Shown here: positions 8,869 to 17,472 of the stretch, one piece after another | Layout: every line of letters begins with the position of its first letter | Numbering within the stretch: the first letter of the stretch is position 1 | Virus record (IMG/VR): IMGVR_UViG_3300025018_000159 | DNA length: 64,000 nt | Strand: one strand, 5' to 3' | From: an uncultured virus (IMG/VR IMGVR_UViG_3300025018_000159) | Lineage: Duplodnaviria; Heunggongvirae; Uroviricota; Caudoviricetes | Translations under genes and position numbers: made by a program | Notes under the pieces: generated by a model | Databases searched by the model: none | Seen by the model: the letters and a program-made list of their open reading frames with translations, nothing else | What the model was told of the DNA's origin: nothing

Positions 8869-9035
8869 AGTGTGTCAGGTGCGGGACGGTGGGCGGATGG
8901 GTAGGAGGGGGGGAGGGTTGAAGGTTCCCCACCAGTGATGGGCATGAGGGGTAGGGGGGCTTGTCGATGCGAATTGTCTCAGCGAGGAGGTGATGCGTTG
9001 TGTGCGCGCATTCTGACAGCTTTCAAATTTTCCGA

Positions 9036-9065
9036 TTGACAAGGCAGCCTACGCAACCGTAGATA
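9036..9065 (+). promoter_or_regulatory. Promoter with overlapping CTAC-N6-GTAG palindrome
   Basis: TTGACA...CTACgcaaccGTAGATA, ending 5 nt before ATG 9071. Confidence 0.6.
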
Positions 9066-9070
9066 GCCCC

Positions 9071-9406
9071 ATGAGCCAACCACCCGCCCTAGAGCAGCGT
9101 TTCCAAAACGCCATAGACAAAATCCGCGAACTGGAGAAAAACAACGACACTCTGCGCGAGCAGATCAAAGCCGAACGGGATGCCTCCTACGGTCTCCGGT
9201 GCTTCATGCAGGAAGTGGCCGAAGCGTGCGGTGCGAACAAAAACACACTGGCGTTACTGATCGTCGAGAGAGTGAAGAAAACAAGCGACCTAGTAACCCG
9301 ACTCAAGGAAGCTCTCGAAACGACTCTCCCGTGGATTCCCTTGTGCGGAGTTAGAGAGGAAGTTATGAAGTGCATTAAAATATCCTCTACCAAAAATCAA
9401 CCTTGA
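9071..9406 (+). CDS. Hypothetical coiled-coil protein
   Basis: 111-aa ORF directly after a promoter. Confidence 0.7.
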   Translation: MSQPPALEQRFQNAIDKIRELEKNNDTLREQIKAERDASYGLRCFMQEVAEACGANKNTLALLIVERVKKTSDLVTRLKEALETTLPWIPLCGVREEVMKCIKISSTKNQP

Positions 9407-9431
9407 CACCCCACCTACTCTTCCGTATATA
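9403..9431 (+). promoter_or_regulatory. Promoter with overlapping CTAC-N6-GTAT
   Basis: TTGACA-N17-TATATA. Confidence 0.6.
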
Positions 9432-9567
9432 CCCCACCAAATGAAAACCACACTGACACTAATATCCTTGGCAGCATTCCTAATAGCGTGGAGGAAACAG
9501 CCATGATCTGGATTCTGATTATTGTGGTTCTTATCCTGATTGTGGACTCGATCTATCCTCCTACGAT

Positions 9568-9801
9568 ATGACCATACCCCAACAGATAAAAGCCCTCCTG
9601 TATGCCCGTGCCAATGTCCTCGAAAAAGACTGGCGCTCAGTGCAGGCGCAAATCGACGTGCTCAAGGGGGAGTTGAGTGTGGAGGATGTCTATGAGAGAT
9701 ACTCGGTTGAGGCCGAGGTCAAGTCTGCTGTGGTTGCTGCGAAGTGGCTGAAGGGTAGTCGGGGCGGGAACCTTGCGATTTACTGGAAAGGTAAGCGATA
9801 A
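9568..9801 (+). CDS. Hypothetical protein
   Basis: 77-aa ORF. Confidence 0.65.
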   Translation: MTIPQQIKALLYARANVLEKDWRSVQAQIDVLKGELSVEDVYERYSVEAEVKSAVVAAKWLKGSRGGNLAIYWKGKR

Positions 9802-9821
9802 CTCCACCTGAAATTTGAGGC

Positions 9822-9850
9822 TTGACCCCTACCCTACTTTAGCGTAGATA
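9822..9850 (+). promoter_or_regulatory. Promoter with overlapping CTAC-N6-GTAG
   Basis: TTGACC-N17-TAGATA. Confidence 0.6.
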
Positions 9851-9861
9851 CCCCGAAACAA

Positions 9862-10326
9862 ATGAGCACCACACCCAGAACCGACGCCATCTTTGACCTG
9901 ATCGGCAAAGCCAACCGCCCCGAGACCGACCACGGGCACTTTATGGCCCTCATGGAGGGGGCGCGGAATGGTGTGGAGGAGTTGGAGGCCGAACTGGCCA
10001 TCACCCGCTCCGCCCTGGATGAGATCCGTGGTGTGTCCGCTAACCCCAACTACACAAGCTCGGAGGAAACACCTATCTACTTTACGGGTGTCGATCCTGC
10101 GTCAGAAACAAAGGTAGCCTCTACCGTCACCGGGAATGATTTCAAGGATGTAAGCGGGGCACGTCCTAGCCGCGAACGCTCCCTGGCTATCACCAAGATC
10201 CAAGAGGCGATCATGTGGCTCGGGATGGATCTGAAGGCCATCGGAGAATCTCCGAACCCATACCCCGAGAGCTACAACCCCGAGTCGCCCGTGATTGAGC
10301 CGACTGCGGACGGGCTGAAGCTCTAA
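9862..10326 (+). CDS. Protein with C-terminal Acb2/Tad1-like helical hairpin motif
   Basis: SRERSLAITKIQEAIMWLG resembles the Tad1 segment SRENACALTHVEEALMWM (recalled sequence); N-terminal TPRTDA motif. Confidence 0.55.
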   Translation: MSTTPRTDAIFDLIGKANRPETDHGHFMALMEGARNGVEELEAELAITRSALDEIRGVSANPNYTSSEETPIYFTGVDPASETKVASTVTGNDFKDVSGARPSRERSLAITKIQEAIMWLGMDLKAIGESPNPYPESYNPESPVIEPTADGLKL

Positions 10327-10596
10327 CCAAACACCTTCCCCGGACAATCCCTCTTAACAATGGAGCCACCACGAATCAACGTGTGAAACCCCCGGACGCG
10401 GGGGTCTAGGGGGTTCTTTTTCATTCAAATACTGCTCGACACAAATGAATAGCCGAGAACTCAAAATCCTAGCCACCGCAGCGGAAAGGGAGGACATTTA
10501 TCTTTTCAAATACTTCCCCGAGTATATGAGCGACACGCTGGAGGCTTTGGAGATTGAGCTGGAGGATACGGACTGTGGAGACGACCTGTTAGGCGT

Positions 10597-10776
10597 ATGA
10601 AAAAGCTGATTCCAATTCCCCTGCTTGTGGTTGCTCTCCGGCTTTGCGGCGTGCCGTGGCTCTGGGCGCTGTCTCCGCTGTGGGTTCCGCTGGCGGCGTT
10701 TCTGCTTGTGCTGCTGCTCGTGCTTGTCGCCATGATCCGTTACCACCACTACGTCCCCATCACCTTTTCCCGTTGA
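10597..10776 (+). CDS. Small membrane protein (59 aa)
   Basis: Hand translation MKKLIPIPLLVVALRLCGVPWLWALSPLWVPLAAFLLVLLLVLVAMIRYHHYVPITFSR; below the ORF-track size cut-off. Confidence 0.65.
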   Translation: MKKLIPIPLLVVALRLCGVPWLWALSPLWVPLAAFLLVLLLVLVAMIRYHHYVPITFSR

Positions 10777-10808
10777 CAGGTTGTTAGGCTTCCCCTAAAG
10801 ACCACGGC

Positions 10809-11672
10809 ATGGGGAAACCGAAATTCAAGTTCAAGCCTGTGAACCGCGCTGTGGTCAACGTGGATTTCAAACTCAGAACAGGGGAGTCGCAGTGGTTCCT
10901 CCTTTCATCCGACAGGCACTGGGACAACCCGAAGTCGGACATAGCCCTCCAGCTCAAGCACCTCAACGAGGCCAAGGAGCGCGGAGCGGGGATCATCGAC
11001 AACGGGGATCTCTTCTGCGCGATGCAGGGCAAGTATGACCCCAGGGGCACCAAGTCGGATGTCCGGCCTGAGCACAGCAAGGGCGACTACCTCGATCAGC
11101 TCGTCAACACAGGGGCTGATTTTTTTGTGCCCTTCGCGGAGAACTTCATCCAGATCGCGTGGGGCAACCATGAGACCTCAATCCTCAAACGCCTGGAAAC
11201 CGACCTCACCACACGTCTCGTGGAGCGCATCAACGCCAAGGCCGGGACACAGATCCACAAGGCGGGCTTCTCCGGCTGGGTTGTGCTCCGGGCGAACGTC
11301 GGAGGCAACGACACGCAGACACTGAGGATCGCGTGGCACCACGGTTACGGCGGGGACGCCCCCGTCACCAAAGGCACCATCCAGACCAACCGGATGTCGG
11401 TCTACCTGCCAGATGCGGACTTCGTGATGACCGGGCATACCCACAATGAGTTCCAGTTCCCAATTTCCAGGGTTAGGATTTCCAGTAAAGGCTCCGTCTA
11501 CCATGACGAACAGCTCCACCTCAAGATACCTTCCTACAAGGAGGAGTATCGTGACGGCCACAGCGGCTGGCACATTGAGCGTGGCGGGCCTCCCAAGCCG
11601 AAGGGTGCGCTGTGGCTCCGGATCTACAATGAGGCCGGGAAGATCAAGAGTGAGGTCACGCGGGCAAAATAA
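10809..11672 (+). CDS. Calcineurin-like metallophosphoesterase
   Basis: SDRH, NGDLF, GNHE, HHG and GHTH motifs. Confidence 0.9.
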   Translation: MGKPKFKFKPVNRAVVNVDFKLRTGESQWFLLSSDRHWDNPKSDIALQLKHLNEAKERGAGIIDNGDLFCAMQGKYDPRGTKSDVRPEHSKGDYLDQLVNTGADFFVPFAENFIQIAWGNHETSILKRLETDLTTRLVERINAKAGTQIHKAGFSGWVVLRANVGGNDTQTLRIAWHHGYGGDAPVTKGTIQTNRMSVYLPDADFVMTGHTHNEFQFPISRVRISSKGSVYHDEQLHLKIPSYKEEYRDGHSGWHIERGGPPKPKGALWLRIYNEAGKIKSEVTRAK

Positions 11673-11675
11673 TCA

Positions 11676-11704
11676 TTGACGCCCCCACTACTCTACCGTA
11701 GGGT
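11676..11704 (+). promoter_or_regulatory. Promoter with overlapping CTAC-N6-GTAG
   Basis: TTGACG-N17-TAGGGT. Confidence 0.6.
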
Positions 11705-11713
11705 GCCGACGCA

Positions 11714-11908
11714 ATGACACTACAGGAAAAACTAGAACGGCTCCTCAACGAGCATTCCGCCGAGAACGAAAGCAATACGCCGGACTTCCTACTTGCCGCA
11801 TACCTGCTCGGGTGCCTGAAGCTCTTCGGGGTCGCGGTGCAGGGCAGGGATCAGTGGTATGGGCGGGTGCAGGATCAGGAGCTTCCAACACCTCAAGATG
11901 GAAATTAA
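11714..11908 (+). CDS. Small phage protein (ENESNTPDFLLA motif)
   Basis: 64-aa ORF directly after a promoter. Confidence 0.75.
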   Translation: MTLQEKLERLLNEHSAENESNTPDFLLAAYLLGCLKLFGVAVQGRDQWYGRVQDQELPTPQDGN

Positions 11909-12089
11909 ACACAACCTCCGCCTCCTCCGGCTCCGCCAGCACCACTCCCAGGCTGATCTCGATCTGCTCTGCGGTTTTGCCAAGGGCACGGTGGCACACT
12001 ACGAGAACGGTCGCCGGAAACCTGGGATGACGAATCTCGGGAAGCTGATGGAGGCGCTGGACTGTCTGCTGGAGGAACTGAAGGAATGA
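11898..12089 (+). CDS. Cro/C1-type (XRE) HTH regulator
   Basis: LRLLRLRQHHSQADLDLLCGFAKGTVAHYENGRRKP; start ATG 11898. Confidence 0.85.
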   Translation: MEIKHNLRLLRLRQHHSQADLDLLCGFAKGTVAHYENGRRKPGMTNLGKLMEALDCLLEELKE

Positions 12090-12257
12090 TTGCCCTCAAA
12101 ACCATGCTCCTCCTCATCGTCCTCGCCATCCTCGGGTGTGCGTGGCTTGTGGTCGATCTCTTTGACAGGAAGAAAAGATGATTGGGATACTCTGTATGAT
12201 ACTAATTACCTTACTGGGCTTTCTGCTGGTTTGGTTGAAAGAATACATAGACAAAAG

Positions 12258-12755
12258 GTGAAATTTTACATTAGCGACCTTCACCTTGGCCACGCCAACG
12301 TGCTCGGATTTGACAAGCGGCCTTTCGATACGATTGAGGAGCATGATCTCGCGATTGTGACGAACATCAATGACACTCTGGCTGCGCGTGACCATCTCTA
12401 CATCCTTGGCGACGTGGCATGGTCTCGTGAATCTTTCCGTGAGTTCCAGCGGCGGCTCCGGACGGACATCACGGTTTACTTTATCAAAGGGAACCACGAC
12501 CATAGGATCAGTGGAATCGGAAACTGGCCGGACGTGATTTGGGACAAAGAGGATCAGATCTTCCTCTCCCACTACCCGCATCTCTCATGGCCGAAGTCCT
12601 TCCACGGCTCGATCCATCTTTATGGGCACGTCCACGGGAACATCCGGGGAGTGGGGCGCTCAATGGATGTGGGAGCGAACTGCGTCGGGTATAGGCCAAT
12701 CTCGTTGGACGAGGTTCGGGAAAAGTTGGAAGGGGTTGGGAATCATGGCGCGTAA
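12258..12755 (+). CDS. Second calcineurin-like metallophosphoesterase
   Basis: SDLHLGH, LGDV, GNHD, HYP and GHVH motifs; GTG start at 12258. Confidence 0.9.
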   Translation: MKFYISDLHLGHANVLGFDKRPFDTIEEHDLAIVTNINDTLAARDHLYILGDVAWSRESFREFQRRLRTDITVYFIKGNHDHRISGIGNWPDVIWDKEDQIFLSHYPHLSWPKSFHGSIHLYGHVHGNIRGVGRSMDVGANCVGYRPISLDEVREKLEGVGNHGA

Positions 12756-12897
12756 ATGCAAACGAAAGGGCGGCACCCTCAAGGAAGCCTGCGTGGCGAT
12801 CTTCTCCTGCGTGGAACCCGGCAAGCCAAACAACTGGTTTACATACGAGTGCTGGTGTGGTAAGTGGCACATTTGTGGAGAACCTAAGAAGCCATGA
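12745..12897 (+). CDS. Small Cys/His-rich protein
   Basis: MARKCKRK...YECWCGKWHIC; overlaps both neighbours. Confidence 0.55.
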   Translation: MARKCKRKGGTLKEACVAIFSCVEPGKPNNWFTYECWCGKWHICGEPKKP

Positions 12898-13247
12898 GCA
12901 TCACAATAACAGGAGCAACAGCAGCCCTCAAAGCAGCGCGTGAAGCCACCCGTGGTAACACCGTGACTGAGGACACCCTCAGGGGTCGAATAAGCATCTG
13001 CAACACTTGCCCCAAGCGGGAGCGTATCAAGGGCGTAGTTGGCAGTGTGGGCAGGGTTCTCGCTTTCGTCGCTAACAAGCACAAGGTTCCCAAAGAAATC
13101 AGCGGCTACCGCTGTGGTGTCTGCTCCTGTCCCTTGGCGCTCCTGGCTACTGCGCTACCTGAAAATCTCCACAGGGACTCTCCTGAGGAAGCTGCACAGC
13201 GCCCCGGACGATGCTGGTTGACAGAAGCCACAAAAGATGTAGGCTGA
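12894..13247 (+). CDS. Cys-rich hypothetical protein
   Basis: CNTC, CGVCSC and RCW motifs. Confidence 0.75.
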   Translation: MSITITGATAALKAAREATRGNTVTEDTLRGRISICNTCPKRERIKGVVGSVGRVLAFVANKHKVPKEISGYRCGVCSCPLALLATALPENLHRDSPEEAAQRPGRCWLTEATKDVG

Positions 13248-13273
13248 ACTCCTCATCGTCGTTGTTGAGTTCG

Positions 13274-13319
13274 CCCGTGGTAGAGAAGGAGTTATTTCCC
13301 TTTACCACGGGTTTTCTTT
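13274..13319 (+). terminator. Intrinsic terminator
   Basis: CCCGTGGTAGAG...CTTTACCACGGG followed by TTTTCTTT. Confidence 0.7.
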
Positions 13320-13338
13320 GTGGTAAAGATCCCTCGCT

Positions 13339-13728
13339 ATGAGCCTACAACCATTATACCGCATCATCAAGCGAGTCGAGGGTAAACTTACCCCAACCGT
13401 AGTAACCGCAGCCGCAACCCTCACCACGGCGCAAGCCCTGGCCGGAGTTGTGGTAAGCAATGTCGGAGCATCCGCTGCTGTCACGTTCGTCCTTCCTCCT
13501 GCCCAGCCGGGTATGCGTGTCGAGGCAATCGTGGAAGCCGCACAGGAACTTCGCCTTGATCCATCCGGAACCGAGACTGTCGCCCTCCCATCTTCGGGTG
13601 TCCAAGGTGCTGCTGGCAAATACCTCGTGGCTGACGCCATCGGGGAATCTGTCGTGCTTCGCTGCGTCACTGCCGGAACATGGAGCGTCGTCGGCCCGAT
13701 TGACGGAACCTGGACGGCAGAAGCCTAA
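13339..13728 (+). CDS. Probable virion structural/decoration protein
   Basis: Ala/Val/Thr-rich beta-type protein (TFVLPPAQPGMRV). Confidence 0.6.
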   Translation: MSLQPLYRIIKRVEGKLTPTVVTAAATLTTAQALAGVVVSNVGASAAVTFVLPPAQPGMRVEAIVEAAQELRLDPSGTETVALPSSGVQGAAGKYLVADAIGESVVLRCVTAGTWSVVGPIDGTWTAEA

Positions 13729-13740
13729 ACCACAACCCTG

Positions 13741-14094
13741 ATGCTTGAGATCGTCAGAGGGCGCACTTGGACTCAACAGCACACTGTGCTGGATAATGAG
13801 GACGGCCCTCTGACGGATCTCTCCATCTTCAGCGAGATCAAATCGCAGATCCGGGAGCGGACAGCGAAGCGAAATCCAAAGACAGGATACTTCGAAAACG
13901 CCGTGGTGGCCACTGTCGCTGTCACTTTCGAAGAGTCTGTAATAACCCAAACCCTAACCCGAGCTGCAACGTATGCCCTTAACGTGGGCGATTACATTGT
14001 GGATATTGTCGGGATACTTTCCGAGGGAGGCGACGAATCGCTCCTCACACCTGAACCTGTCCGCGTGACAAACAGGCCGACTTCTGTGACTTAA
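13741..14094 (+). CDS. Ig-like/BppU-like fibre-associated protein
   Basis: Pattern LEIVRGRTW...TLTRAATYAL..GDYIVDI; precedes a fibre-like gene. Confidence 0.55.
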   Translation: MLEIVRGRTWTQQHTVLDNEDGPLTDLSIFSEIKSQIRERTAKRNPKTGYFENAVVATVAVTFEESVITQTLTRAATYALNVGDYIVDIVGILSEGGDESLLTPEPVRVTNRPTSVT

Positions 14095-14106
14095 CCACTA
14101 GGCACC

Positions 14107-15465
14107 ATGACAGAATACTACACAGACGATAACGGAGCACGTGTCCTGATCCGCCACAAAGGCCCAGCCGGAAAAGGTTTCCCCGCAGGCGGAACCACAG
14201 GACAGATCCTGGCCAAGACCTCCGGCACGGACTATGCGGCGACGTGGGTGAACCCGCCTGATAGTGTGTCCAGCCTGACGTTCACAGGCACAGCTCCGGT
14301 GGATGGTTACGTCGCGGTCTTCGACGGGGTGACTGGTCTTGTGGTTCGGAGCGGCATGGTTGCGATCTCGTCCCTCGCGACCAACACTGCGTTGGCGCTC
14401 AAGGTGGACAAGGTGACAGGGAAGGGGTTGTCCACAAACGACTTCACCACGGTGGAAAAGGCCAAACTCACGGCACTCAGCCCTGCCGGATACCGTGGCA
14501 GTTTCGAGGATCTCGCGGAGATCAATGCTTACACTTTCACTCCAGTTCCTCAGGATGGGGATTACTGCCTTGCCCAGGCAGTGGGCGAGGAACAGATCAG
14601 ATACTGGTGGGACTCCGAAAACACCCTGTGGTCGAGTGACGCCCAGGTTCTTGACTTTGATGTGGATGTCGCGGCACTGGCATTGTTCCCCAACGCGGAC
14701 TGGACTGCCGGAACATCCAACTCCTTCACGGATGTCTACAAGGCGCTCGTGGACAGTCACGAAAGCATTATCAGCGGCTTCCTGAGCGGAGGGGATTCCT
14801 TCCAACCGTGGGACGCAACCCTAACAGCTTTTGCCGCAGTCACCAACGGTGCCAACAAGCTCGCTTACTTCAGCGGTGTGGACGAGATGCTGACCACCGA
14901 CTTCACGCTCGCAGGCCGGAGTATCGTCGGTGCCGTCGATGCTGCCGCGCAGCGGGCTGTGCTGGGACTCGGAAGTGCGGCACTGGCCGACGTAAGCGAC
15001 TTCAGTGTGCTGTCCGATGTAATTGTCGCGACCGCCACCGTCTCGAACACGGTCACGGAAACAACAATCTTCACGGGAGCCGTGGGAGCGGGCACCCTCA
15101 GTGTCGGCAGTTTGTTGAAAGTGCGTGCGGGCGGGGTCATCACCAACGAAACCGCCTCAGATGACATCACCATAAAGCTATACATGGGGGCTACCCTCCT
15201 GACTACATTCGCTCCTGCGATAGGTGCCGTTACTGGCAATGTTTGGTTCGCTGACACTGACATCACAGTTAGAAGCATTGGGGCGTCCGGCACGGTCGCT
15301 GCTTGGGGGGAAACCTACATCGAGAGTGTCGCGGACAGGCATTCGCAGATCAACACAGTGGACACTACAGTGGCCAGTGACATTACCGTAAAGGTGCAGT
15401 GGAACAATGCGAAAGCCGGGAACCTAATCAGTATTCACAAGGGTTGGCTGGAGACGAAGAAATAA
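14107..15465 (+). CDS. Tail or head fibre-like structural protein
   Basis: GGTTGQILAKTSGTDYAATW, KVDKVTGKGLSTNDFT and AAAQRAVLGLGSAA fibre motifs. Confidence 0.75.
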   Translation: MTEYYTDDNGARVLIRHKGPAGKGFPAGGTTGQILAKTSGTDYAATWVNPPDSVSSLTFTGTAPVDGYVAVFDGVTGLVVRSGMVAISSLATNTALALKVDKVTGKGLSTNDFTTVEKAKLTALSPAGYRGSFEDLAEINAYTFTPVPQDGDYCLAQAVGEEQIRYWWDSENTLWSSDAQVLDFDVDVAALALFPNADWTAGTSNSFTDVYKALVDSHESIISGFLSGGDSFQPWDATLTAFAAVTNGANKLAYFSGVDEMLTTDFTLAGRSIVGAVDAAAQRAVLGLGSAALADVSDFSVLSDVIVATATVSNTVTETTIFTGAVGAGTLSVGSLLKVRAGGVITNETASDDITIKLYMGATLLTTFAPAIGAVTGNVWFADTDITVRSIGASGTVAAWGETYIESVADRHSQINTVDTTVASDITVKVQWNNAKAGNLISIHKGWLETKK

Positions 15466-15568
15466 GTGTAATTTTTCTCTTGCGCTTCCCTCTCGCGTGT
15501 GATCTTCTCTGCGTGTCAGCAGCGCACCTGTTGCCGACGCTAACAAAAAACAAAAAAAGAAAAACAAG

Positions 15569-15820
15569 ATGGCCACTAAACCAATTATCACCAAAAGTAA
15601 AAAGTCCGCTGCTCCTGTCGTTAAATCGGCTGTTGCTGCTCCCGCCCCGAAGGCAGCGCCTGTCGCCAAGGACAAGTCGCTCCGCCTGATGGAGACCACC
15701 CCAAACAAGCTCGTCGATGCCCTCGGCGGAGATACTGTGATTCTTGTCAGCAAGAAGAACATCACCGACATCCTCGCAGCCAAGAGCGGCACCGATCTCC
15801 TTGCCAAGGCAGGGCTGTAA
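15569..15820 (+). CDS. Small Lys/Ala/Pro-rich protein
   Basis: 83-aa ORF followed by a terminator. Confidence 0.7.
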   Translation: MATKPIITKSKKSAAPVVKSAVAAPAPKAAPVAKDKSLRLMETTPNKLVDALGGDTVILVSKKNITDILAAKSGTDLLAKAGL

Positions 15821-15837
15821 TCGGCACCAGTGACTCC

Positions 15838-15868
15838 AGCCTCACCCTTTTTGGGGTGGGGCTTTTTT
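15838..15868 (+). terminator. Intrinsic terminator
   Basis: AGCCTCACCC-loop-GGGTGGGGCT followed by a T tract. Confidence 0.8.
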
Positions 15869-15909
15869 GTTGACAATTTTGAGGTGGTATAACAGGTTGC
15901 TGGTGTTCC

Positions 15910-16494
15910 ATGCGAGCTATCATCACATTCCAAGGCTTTACCGAATCCGACGCTTACCGCACGGGAACAGAGAACCTGTATTTCCAAGTGACACGGATGT
16001 TCTCACGCGGCGACATCCTCACCACGCTCCCCCACCCCTGGACGGCAAACGTCAAGACCGTCGCCGCGCAGATTGCGAGGCAGGGTATCCGGGACGTGTG
16101 CGTGATCTCCTACTCCCATGGGCAGGCGGCAGCTACGGATTTCATTGAGGAGTGCTACAAGCTGGGTATCACCGTAAACCTTTGGCTGGCCTGTGATCCG
16201 GTCTATCGTCCGGGCTGGCTCCCACGTAAAAACTTTTTCCAACCACTCTCCTTTCAATCACTTACTCGCAGAATTAAGATCAAGGCACCTAAGGGTGTTT
16301 CCAGGATCTCCTACGTTACACAGGGTGTCAAATGGCCTTTTGGTCACGAGATCCAGCCGTTCGATGAAAACACCCGGACAGAGCGCCTTGTCCTCCACTC
16401 GCCCCACACATCCATCGACGAGCATCCGCAGTGGTTTGAGCTTGTGGAGAAGGAATTGGAGGGGTGGGCGAATCCACCCAAAGCTACCCTGTAG
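15910..16494 (+). CDS. Alpha/beta-hydrolase-like protein
   Basis: Nucleophile-elbow-like VISYSHG, downstream DPV and a C-terminal HTSID. Confidence 0.55.
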   Translation: MRAIITFQGFTESDAYRTGTENLYFQVTRMFSRGDILTTLPHPWTANVKTVAAQIARQGIRDVCVISYSHGQAAATDFIEECYKLGITVNLWLACDPVYRPGWLPRKNFFQPLSFQSLTRRIKIKAPKGVSRISYVTQGVKWPFGHEIQPFDENTRTERLVLHSPHTSIDEHPQWFELVEKELEGWANPPKATL

Positions 16495-16498
16495 AACT

Positions 16499-17134
16499 AT
16501 GAGCTTCTCCGCAATCGGCAACGTATATGACAGACTATCCTTCCGAGAGGCTGTGGATGCCTTGGATATTTCGTGGGCCAGTTCTGTGACGATCCACCAC
16601 ACAGCATCACCAAGCCTGGCACAGCGTCCAAAGGGATGGACAATCCAGCACATGCGGAATCTCGCCAGCTATTACGGAGGGGAGCTGGGGTGGAGCCGGG
16701 GGCCTCACCTGTTTACCGATGAGGATCAGATTTTTGGTCTGTCACCTATGACGGAACGAAGCATCCACGCTGTCAGCTTTAACAAGACATCACTCAGCAT
16801 CGAAATGCTGGGAAACTACGATGTGGAAGAGTCAATGAGCGGAAGGGGTCGTGAAGTTCTGGAAACTACGGCCTACGCTGCTGCTGTCCTCATTAAAAAG
16901 CTTGGCAAGGAAGCTACTGATTCGACGATCAAGTTCCACAGGGATGATCCGAAGACAAGCAAAACGTGCCCAGGAAGAAAGGTGGACAAATCATATTTCC
17001 TCGGAGTTGTAATCAGATACCTGAAAGAACTCGACACCCTCAACGACCGCAACGACGCTGTGGAGCCGAAAGAAAAACCCACCCTCGAACAACGGGTCGC
17101 AGCCCTGGAAGCAAAAGTATTTAACACACCATGA
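16499..17134 (+). CDS. Endolysin, N-acetylmuramoyl-L-alanine amidase (Amidase_2/PGRP type)
   Basis: TIHHTA, SIEMLGNYD and HRD...KTCPG zinc-ligand motifs; ATG 16499. Confidence 0.9.
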   Translation: MSFSAIGNVYDRLSFREAVDALDISWASSVTIHHTASPSLAQRPKGWTIQHMRNLASYYGGELGWSRGPHLFTDEDQIFGLSPMTERSIHAVSFNKTSLSIEMLGNYDVEESMSGRGREVLETTAYAAAVLIKKLGKEATDSTIKFHRDDPKTSKTCPGRKVDKSYFLGVVIRYLKELDTLNDRNDAVEPKEKPTLEQRVAALEAKVFNTP

Positions 17135-17472
17135 ACTGTCATCTACCTCACGAACCAATCGTCGGATTCATCGGAGCCGCATTCTCATCGGCAACCTTGT
17201 GGCTGTCGGATGCAATAAGTAGCAACGTCCCGGTATCCAACGGTATTGTGGAACTCGGGGGGACAATCGGCCTCATCGGATTCCTCACCTACGGCTGCAT
17301 CACCCTGTGGAAGCAGCTTCAGGTCGAAAAGAAGGACAGCGCCACGGAGCGAGAAAGGCACCAGAAAGAATGTGCAAACCTCCACATGGAGATCCTTGGG
17401 GAAACCAGGCGGCAGAACGAGGAGCTGATATGTGTCCTCAAGAAGCTCGATCCGGACGAACGAAAAGCTTGA
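17131..17472 (+). CDS. Putative holin
   Basis: Two hydrophobic segments and a charged C-terminus; ATGA-coupled to the endolysin. Confidence 0.6.
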   Translation: MNCHLPHEPIVGFIGAAFSSATLWLSDAISSNVPVSNGIVELGGTIGLIGFLTYGCITLWKQLQVEKKDSATERERHQKECANLHMEILGETRRQNEELICVLKKLDPDERKA

